A DNA stretch of 15,104 nt from Candidatus Nanohaloarchaea archaeon. Lineage in GTDB: Archaea; Nanohalarchaeota; Nanosalinia; Nanosalinales; Nanosalinaceae. The notes below the pieces were generated by a model. It worked only from the letters and a program-made list of their open reading frames with translations. It was not told the DNA's origin and searched no databases. The first letter of the stretch is position 1, and the number at the start of each line of letters is the position of its first letter. Positions 7,936 through 13,986 of the stretch are shown one piece after another. The position numbers and the translations under genes were made by a program. The stretch lies in the NCBI GenBank assembly GCA_047617745.1, contig JBLGBN010000019.1, positions 1-15,104 of the forward strand. The letters run 5' to 3'.

Positions 7936-8016
7936 TCAAATGGTCGACATAATAATAGCGATAGAAATAGCTCCAGCCATAATAATTCTAGAATTATTTT
8001 GAAGTGCTGAAGCCAT
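7936..8016 (-). CDS. Possible 26-aa hydrophobic micro-protein (MASALQNNSRIIMAGAISIAIIMSTI), or 5' remnant of a pseudogene
   Basis: Canonical TATA TTTATAAA at 8039-8046 lies 23-30 nt upstream of the ATG, which is leaderless spacing; one hydrophobic segment. Confidence 0.35.
   Translation of the reverse strand: MASALQNNSRIIMAGAISIAIIMSTI
7981..7998. repeat. Perfect 18-bp palindrome AATAATTCTAGAATTATT
   Basis: Read directly; the sequence equals its own reverse complement. Confidence 0.9.
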
Positions 8017-8051
8017 ATCAACTAATCGCGGATTAGAATTTATAAAATTGA

Positions 8052-8408
8052 TTAGAATCTGATGCTCTTTCTAGGTGCTGCTTTATCGATGTCCGGTTCC
8101 ACGAGTTTGTATTCGTGGTCTTTTATGTCGGCAAACCTTCCGCATGATGGGCATCGATCGTAGCCATTATGGTTTGGATCGTTTACTGTTTCGTTGTATC
8201 CGCATGCGCATTCAAGCTGTGTATCCATAGGATCTACATCGAGATCAATCCTCTCCAGAAGGGTTCCCTGTGAGAAATAGTTGAAAAGTTTCTCGAAGAG
8301 CTCTGGTTCACATAGATGATTGTTGATCTTGACATGAGCAGAGCCGTTAGTCGAAACTCTCGAGAGTTCCTGCATCACTTCAATCAGGACATTTCCTAGT
8401 TTCTTCAT
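8052..8408 (-). CDS. HypA/HybF-like zinc-finger protein lacking the N-terminal MHE nickel motif
   Basis: EPELFEKLFNYFSQGTLLERIDLDV..ECACG....RCPSCG follows the HypA pattern (PExLxFxFxxxxxGTxxExAxL..CxxCG..CPxCG); the N-terminus is MKKLG. Confidence 0.7.
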   Translation of the reverse strand: MKKLGNVLIEVMQELSRVSTNGSAHVKINNHLCEPELFEKLFNYFSQGTLLERIDLDVDPMDTQLECACGYNETVNDPNHNGYDRCPSCGRFADIKDHEYKLVEPDIDKAAPRKSIRF

Positions 8409-8687
8409 TTGTTATCTTGCCGACCGTTTTTAATCTCTCCCCTTGTAGTCCCCCGACTATATTATTATAGACATCATCAACCTTATTTAAACTAACGGAT
8501 CATCGATCTCGTTCCTTGGAATGTTTACGCGATCCCTAAAAATGATTATGTCTCCTTTAAACGCTCTGTCTGGATTAAAGATTTATTTTAGAGCCATTTA
8601 AATGTCATAAAGTGTTAAGATCGCTTTGTAGTTTTTGAACCCTATTTTAAGCTATCTAGACGAATTCTAAGAATTATCCTGTTAGAA

Positions 8688-8762
8688 TAGCGGGGGGTAG
8701 ATTTGAACTACCGACCTCCGGGTTATGAGCCCGACGAGCACTCCTGGCTGCTCCACCCCGCT
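8688..8762 (-). tRNA. Initiator tRNA-Met (anticodon CAT), intronless, CCA not encoded
   Basis: Reverse complement AGCGGGGTGGAGCAGCCAGGAGTGCTCGTCGGGCTCATAACCCGGAGGTCGGTAGTTCAAATCTACCCCCCGCTA; A1-U72 pair, purine at position 11 and three consecutive G-C pairs in the anticodon stem, all initiator hallmarks. Confidence 0.97.
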
Positions 8763-8850
8763 ATGGATGTATAACTATTTAGGTTAGGTGAAGCTTTTAA
8801 ACTCCAGCTGTCTGCCAATCCATAAAACTGTCTGTGGGAAAAACGGTTCT

Positions 8851-9513
8851 ATGACTAAAGTTCTGGGGATAGATGAGGCAGGGAGAGGCCCGGTTATAGG
8901 AAGCATGTTTGTAGGCGGATTTATGGTAGAGGAAGAGAAACTGGGCGAGGTAGAGCTCCTTGGTGTTAAGGATTCGAAGAAGCTGAGTGACAGGAAAAGA
9001 GAAAGCTTGGCTGAAGAACTGCGTGAAAAAGGCGAAGCTTTTCTGAAAGAGATTGAGGCGTCAGAAATTGATGAGTTACGTGAGGTGATGACGCTGAACG
9101 AGATTGAGATTCAGGGTTTCTGTGATGTAATTGAAAGATCGGATGCTGACAAGATATATCTTGACCTTCCGGAACCGGACTCTGAACGTTTCATCAACAA
9201 GTTGAAGAGGGAGCTTCCTGCCAGGTTCCGTGAAAGAGAGTTTGTTGCTGAGCATGGTGCGGATGATACCTATCCGATCGTTTCCGCGGCTTCTATTATT
9301 GCGAAATCGGCGAGGGAGAAACATGTTGAAGAGCTCCATTCCAAGTATGGTTATGACTTCAAGTCGGGTTATCCACACGACAAGCCGACGATCAAGTTCC
9401 TGGAGAAGTACGTGGAGGAGAAAAGTGAGCTGCCGCCTGAGACCAGGAGGTCGTGGAGTACTGCGGAGAGGATTCTGAAGGAAGCAGGGCAGAGCGGGCT
9501 GGAAGATTTCTGA
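8851..9513 (+). CDS. rnhB: Ribonuclease HII
   Basis: MTKVLGIDEAGRGPVIG, DSKKL, AEHGADD, VSAASIIAK, SGYPHD and RRSWST motifs; C-terminal PIP box QSGLEDF. Start moved from the track's 8788 to ATG 8851. Confidence 0.97.
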   Translation: MTKVLGIDEAGRGPVIGSMFVGGFMVEEEKLGEVELLGVKDSKKLSDRKRESLAEELREKGEAFLKEIEASEIDELREVMTLNEIEIQGFCDVIERSDADKIYLDLPEPDSERFINKLKRELPARFREREFVAEHGADDTYPIVSAASIIAKSAREKHVEELHSKYGYDFKSGYPHDKPTIKFLEKYVEEKSELPPETRRSWSTAERILKEAGQSGLEDF

Positions 9514-9545
9514 CGGATTTAAAAGTTGTTCCGGAATTCTGTGAT

Positions 9546-10091
9546 ATGACTGCTACAGGTAAAATTGCCAACGCAAAAGTTAAGGTCTGGGATGAGGAAG
9601 AGGCCGAGGAAATCCACAGCGAGTTCTACTACGGAAAGATGATTGAAGATGAGGATTACCTGGAACTTTCTCTTGTTGAGGCGTTACATCTCGTTGACCG
9701 TGAGGAACTTGAGATTGTTGAAGACGGAGAGGTTCTCGAGAGAGAGGAGCTTTTCCAGAGATTCTCGGAGAAGGATGATGAGTTCGATCAGAAGTACGCA
9801 GCTTATTCCGATTTAAGGGAGAGAGGTTATATCGTTAAGACAGGTTTCAAGTTCGGCACACATTTCAGAGTCTATCCTCGTGGTGTCAATCCTTACAAGG
9901 AAGGACCGAAAGAGGAAAGAGAGCACACAAAATGGATAGTTCACGCCGTTCCCGAGGATCATACTCAGAGTTACCAGAACATGTCAAGAGCAGTAAGGCT
10001 GGCTCACAATATCAGGGCGAAGATGCTCTGGGCTGTAGTCGATTCTGAGAGACAGGTTACCTACTATGAAGTTGAAAGGGTTACTCCTTAG
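9546..10091 (+). CDS. endA: tRNA-intron (splicing) endonuclease, single-unit type of about 181 aa
   Basis: LSLVEALHL, YSDLRERGYIVKTGFKFGTHFRVY, His127, RLAHNIR and VTYYEVERVTP motifs. Start set to ATG 9546, with TATA-like TTTAAAA at 9518-9524. Confidence 0.93.
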   Translation: MTATGKIANAKVKVWDEEEAEEIHSEFYYGKMIEDEDYLELSLVEALHLVDREELEIVEDGEVLEREELFQRFSEKDDEFDQKYAAYSDLRERGYIVKTGFKFGTHFRVYPRGVNPYKEGPKEEREHTKWIVHAVPEDHTQSYQNMSRAVRLAHNIRAKMLWAVVDSERQVTYYEVERVTP

Positions 10092-10558
10092 GTGGCAGTT
10101 CTCTTTATAGGATGTTTTTCTAGAGTTAAAGTCGCGCTGTCCTCTGCGAGAGCTTCCATTTTTGGATCGCTGTAGTTGAAATTCAGTACTGTGTCTTTTC
10201 TGTCGTTGTAGAATTGTGGCTCCATGCGCACTTCGATAGGTATTTTCTGCCCGTTTTTGTGAAGTTCTCCTGATATCGTTTTCCGCATCTCTGCTGTTTG
10301 GCCGGGCTCCAGATAGTATTCAAGCGCGCCAGGGTTTACGTTTAATTGCGTTCTTTGATTGGTTAGGCCGTTATCCTCATAGACTGCGAAATCAATTATT
10401 GCCTCGTATCTCTGATCGGTCTCCGATATCAACGCTATAGGAGATTCAAGCATTTCGACAATCTTGTTAGTTGATATATCTGAGTTTGGTTCTTCTTTCT
10501 GCAAGTACAGCCTTTCGCCGTTGTCGTAGAGCAAGTTTTGTTGCCTCCGTTCCTTCAC
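10088..10558 (-). CDS. Hypothetical protein (156 aa)
   Basis: Open frame with acidic composition filling the gap; GTG start about 20-25 nt below a TTTTTAAAT element; its stop overlaps the endA stop by 4 nt. Confidence 0.7.
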   Translation of the reverse strand: MKERRQQNLLYDNGERLYLQKEEPNSDISTNKIVEMLESPIALISETDQRYEAIIDFAVYEDNGLTNQRTQLNVNPGALEYYLEPGQTAEMRKTISGELHKNGQKIPIEVRMEPQFYNDRKDTVLNFNYSDPKMEALAEDSATLTLEKHPIKRTAT

Positions 10559-10591
10559 AGTCTTGAAACCGCGGATTTAAAAATCTTGCGG

Positions 10592-11542
10592 TTACATTAT
10601 CTCGAAGACTGTGCTCCGGGTCCCAATCCGCTCCCTTAATTTTTTCCCGTACCATACACCTACTATAAGACCTGCAAGGTGTGCTGAGGATGCGAGGCCT
10701 CCAAATACTGGTACCTGGTAGCCTAAAATCTTTAAGGCTACAAGCATAACTTCCAGCCCGCCAAAAGCGTAGAGTGCAGTCTTTATCTTCATGGGGAATA
10801 CGAAGTAGAGCAAGACCTCGGCGTCAGGATATATCATTGCTACTGCTGCAAAGGTCGCTATTACCGCCCCGGAAGCACCTACTGCGGGTGTTAAAATATT
10901 AAGAGTTGGTCCACAGGCGCCGGCCATAATGCATTGCAGCGTCGTTCCATGCAGTAAAACGAGCAGGTTTTTGAGCAGAACAAAGCCTACACTGGCAGCG
11001 ACACCGGCCCCGAAGTAGAATTTCAGGAACTCTTTGCCACCGGTTATCTTCTCAAGCGGGGTCCCAAAGAAGTAGAGCGTTATCATATTAGCGAATAAGT
11101 GGAATAAACCGCCGTGAAGAAACATTACTGTGACCAGAGTCCAGGGCTGGGAAAGGATATCCGTTATAGCCGGCTTTAATATAAAGAGGTCATAGAAAAT
11201 GTTTGAGGCAGGTGAGGCAGGATCTCCGTTGAGGAAGCTCTGAAACAGGTAGACAAGTGATGTGAAAAATATTATCGAGAGTGTGTAGTTGCTTCCCAGG
11301 ATTCGCTTGAACTCATTTCTCATGGTTCTTTTTCTGTATTCTGCCTTCTGACTTGGCGCCGGGTTCTTTACTTCCTCCCCCTGGAACCATTTCTTGGTTT
11401 CCTCTTTTTCCTCCTCTATTTTCTCATCCAGCTTCGGGCATTCATGTTTTTCGGGTAAACGGTGCTCTGAGCAGAATTTTTCACCGCAGTACTTGCAGGT
11501 GAAACTCATTGACTGCTTCCCACACTCAGAGCACTCAGCCAT
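10592..11542 (-). CDS. Rhomboid intramembrane serine protease with N-terminal AN1-type zinc finger
   Basis: MAECSECGK..FTCKYCGEKFCSEHRLPEKHEC (AN1 finger); PWT..T.MFLHGGLFHLFANM, GASG catalytic Ser, AHLAG catalytic His. Same architecture as Haloferax RhoII. Start moved to ATG 11542. Confidence 0.93.
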   Translation of the reverse strand: MAECSECGKQSMSFTCKYCGEKFCSEHRLPEKHECPKLDEKIEEEKEETKKWFQGEEVKNPAPSQKAEYRKRTMRNEFKRILGSNYTLSIIFFTSLVYLFQSFLNGDPASPASNIFYDLFILKPAITDILSQPWTLVTVMFLHGGLFHLFANMITLYFFGTPLEKITGGKEFLKFYFGAGVAASVGFVLLKNLLVLLHGTTLQCIMAGACGPTLNILTPAVGASGAVIATFAAVAMIYPDAEVLLYFVFPMKIKTALYAFGGLEVMLVALKILGYQVPVFGGLASSAHLAGLIVGVWYGKKLRERIGTRSTVFEIM

Positions 11543-11635
11543 GTAGTAATCTGCGGAACCTGTTTTTATCAAACCGTCCGTCCTTTTGAAAACCATTATA
11601 CCGCTAGAGATCAAATAACTACCTGGTGGATAACC

Positions 11636-12040
11636 ATGACGGCTGAAATTGCACTTCTTATCGGCAGAATATTATTCGGAGGATACTTCGCTGTATCCGG
11701 ATTAAACCACTTCATGAAAACAGAACAGCTAGCTGGTTGGGCGGAGCACAAAGGCGCTCCTTATGCCGGATTACTTGTATATCTTTCCGGTTTGATGCTT
11801 CTCGCTGGAGGGCTTGGAATTGCGGCAGGAGTATACCCTGTAGTTAGCGTTGCTCTAATCGGGGTTTTCCTGGCAGTTGTTACGCCATGGTTCCATGATT
11901 TCTGGGCGCTTGAAGGTGAGGAGAAACAGAACCAGATGACACACTTCCTGAAAAACGTCGCCCTATTCGGAGCTGCACTAACACTGCTTGCGGCCGACTG
12001 GTCGGTGTACGCAGTTGGGATAACGCTGGGAGTTATGTAG
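11636..12040 (+). CDS. DoxX family membrane protein
   Basis: LIGRILFGGYF..SGLNHF, HDFW and HFLKNVALFGAAL motifs; SD-like GGTGGA upstream. Confidence 0.9.
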   Translation: MTAEIALLIGRILFGGYFAVSGLNHFMKTEQLAGWAEHKGAPYAGLLVYLSGLMLLAGGLGIAAGVYPVVSVALIGVFLAVVTPWFHDFWALEGEEKQNQMTHFLKNVALFGAALTLLAADWSVYAVGITLGVM

Positions 12041-12053
12041 AAAAAATTAAAGT

Positions 12054-13787
12054 TTAGAGCCGGGAGGAGAGTTCCTCCTCCAGCTCACTTATTTTCACTC
12101 TTTCTTGCTCGGTTGAATCTCTGTCTCTAATCGTCACGGTCTCTGGTTCTTCTTCCAGTGTTTCGTAGTCGACTGTCACGCAGTAAGGAGTACCGACTTC
12201 GTCCTGTCTCCTGTAACGTTTACCGATGTTCCCGGTATCGTCATATTTGACCGAGAATCCGGCTTTCCGGAGGTTCTGCGCTACTTCCTCCGCTTTTTCA
12301 CCCATTCCATCTTTGTCCATCATCGGGAAGACAGCGACCTCTGTCGGCGCCATTTCTTCGCTTAACTTGAGCACTCTTCTCTCCTCGCCGTCCACTTCGT
12401 CCTCGTCGTATGAGTGAACCAGAACGGTATAGAGAAGACGATCGATACCGAATGAGGGCTCAACTACTTCCGGGGTGATGTGTTCGCCTGACTTCTTCAC
12501 TTCTTCTACGCTGAAATTGCATTTGTCGGAGGGTAATGTGTATTCCTCGCTGTCTACTTCCAAAGTGATTTCCTCTTTCTCAAAGGCTTCAGGGTTTTCC
12601 TCTGCCAGTTGTTCGAGAGCTTCAGCAATGTCGCCTGCTTTATCGCCGAACTCCGGTCCCAGATAGCCCATATTCGGGCTGACAGTTTTCTCCTCTACAG
12701 TCCTTGGTTCGTCATACTCCTTGAAGATCTTGAAGTCCTTCTCGTCACCGGAGTACTTGCTGTGCTTTGAGAGGTCGTAACAGCCTCTGTAGGCGAAACC
12801 TGTGACTTCTAGCCAGTCCTCTTCATTCCCTCCTATATCTGTCTCGGCGTCCCAGCAGTCTGAAGCGTAATGCGATCTTTCATCAGGGAGGTGCTGTCTG
12901 AACCGGAAACGATCCATATCGATTCCGAGATCCTTATACCACTGTTTGGCGATACCTAAATAGTAAGCGATCCACGGCGATTCAACAACGCCTTGCTCTA
13001 CTGCTTCCTCTACAGTCGCATGTATGTAATCGCCGTCTTCCTTATCCTGTTCTGAGATGGGGTAAAGTTTCAGCTCTATGTCCTTCACCCTTTCTAGATT
13101 TGGCTTGTCCTCTTCCGGGTCGATGAAATGCTCGAGTTCTGCCTGTGTGAACTCTCTTACTCTGACCAGTCCTTTCCTTGGCGAGATTTCATTTCTGTAC
13201 GCTTTTCCTATCTGTGTGATTCCGAACGGTAACTGGTTTCTCTCATACTCCTTTAGCCGGGGAAACTCTACGAAGATACCCTGCGCTGTCTCCGGTCGCA
13301 GGTATCCTGTCTGGGAGGAACCCGGACCGATCGATGTCTCAAACATCAGGTTGAAATCATCGACTTCGATACCTGAGAGATCTTCTCCGCAGCTTGGGCA
13401 TTCGAGATCGTGCTCTTTGATCAGGACCTCGATCTGTTCGGTTGATAACCCTTCTGCTTCATCCACCTCTGTGTGGTCTTCGACTAGGTGGTCGGCTCTT
13501 GTTGAGACCCCGCATTCAGGGCATTCGATTATCATATCGTCGAAGCCGTCGAGATGTCCGGATGCCCGGAAAACCTCTTCCTGCATTACGGTAGGTGCTT
13601 CTATCTCTCTGTGACCTAGTTCCCGGGAGAAAGTCTGTCTCCAGGAGTTCTCGATTTTTCTCTTCAGTTCTGCGCCTTCAGGGCCGAAGGTCTGGAACCC
13701 TCCTACACCTCCGTATGCTTCGGAGGTCTGGAAGAAGAATCCTCTTCTCTTCGATAGCTCGGCCACTTTCTCGCCTAAATTATCCAT
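12054..13787 (-). CDS. glyS: Glycine--tRNA ligase (alpha2, archaeal/eukaryal type)
   Basis: KRRGFFF, ASGHLDGF.D, FNLMF.T.IGP, LRPETAQGIF, YRNEISPR..RVREFTQAELE, VEPSFGIDR, IGKRYRRQDEVGTPYCVTVD. Confidence 0.98.
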   Translation of the reverse strand: MDNLGEKVAELSKRRGFFFQTSEAYGGVGGFQTFGPEGAELKRKIENSWRQTFSRELGHREIEAPTVMQEEVFRASGHLDGFDDMIIECPECGVSTRADHLVEDHTEVDEAEGLSTEQIEVLIKEHDLECPSCGEDLSGIEVDDFNLMFETSIGPGSSQTGYLRPETAQGIFVEFPRLKEYERNQLPFGITQIGKAYRNEISPRKGLVRVREFTQAELEHFIDPEEDKPNLERVKDIELKLYPISEQDKEDGDYIHATVEEAVEQGVVESPWIAYYLGIAKQWYKDLGIDMDRFRFRQHLPDERSHYASDCWDAETDIGGNEEDWLEVTGFAYRGCYDLSKHSKYSGDEKDFKIFKEYDEPRTVEEKTVSPNMGYLGPEFGDKAGDIAEALEQLAEENPEAFEKEEITLEVDSEEYTLPSDKCNFSVEEVKKSGEHITPEVVEPSFGIDRLLYTVLVHSYDEDEVDGEERRVLKLSEEMAPTEVAVFPMMDKDGMGEKAEEVAQNLRKAGFSVKYDDTGNIGKRYRRQDEVGTPYCVTVDYETLEEEPETVTIRDRDSTEQERVKISELEEELSSRL

Positions 13788-13986
13788 AGAAAACCACTTT
13801 CCGAGAGAAATTTTTATAGCTGGGACTAGAAGGTTTTGAAACTTTTTCAGATACTCTGTCGCGAGACTGCCGTTTCAGGCAGTCCAAAACATCCACCTTT
13901 CATTTGTAATAAGGCATTACAGGATCAGCTTTTTATTCCTGCTGGAAATCTTAAAAGCAAGCAAAGTAATACATGGTAATATACGT

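Noticed and set aside
7936..7938. In-frame TGA within a hairpin as selenocysteine or recoding
   Set aside because: TGA is a normal stop in rnhB, no archaeal SECIS is recognisable, and a TAA follows 12 codons later.
8430..8460. G-strings in an AT-rich spacer as possible ORB elements of a replication origin
   Set aside because: No TCCA--GAAAC ORB core, no repeated copies and no adjacent orc1/cdc6 gene.
7362..8762. Possible integrated element bounded by tRNA att repeats
   Set aside because: No duplicated tRNA 3' end and no integrase or transposase seen in the window.
8788..11614. Long N-terminal extensions of rnhB (8788), endA (9453) and rhomboid (11614) in the ORF track
   Set aside because: Family homology and upstream TATA-like spacing point to starts at 8851, 9546 and 11542.
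13845..13905. Glycine riboswitch or C/D-box sRNA upstream of glyS
   Set aside because: Lacks the GGAGA/CCGAAG/CUCAGG aptamer core; two CTGA boxes occur on the minus strand but there is no convincing RTGATGA C box; glyS appears leaderless.
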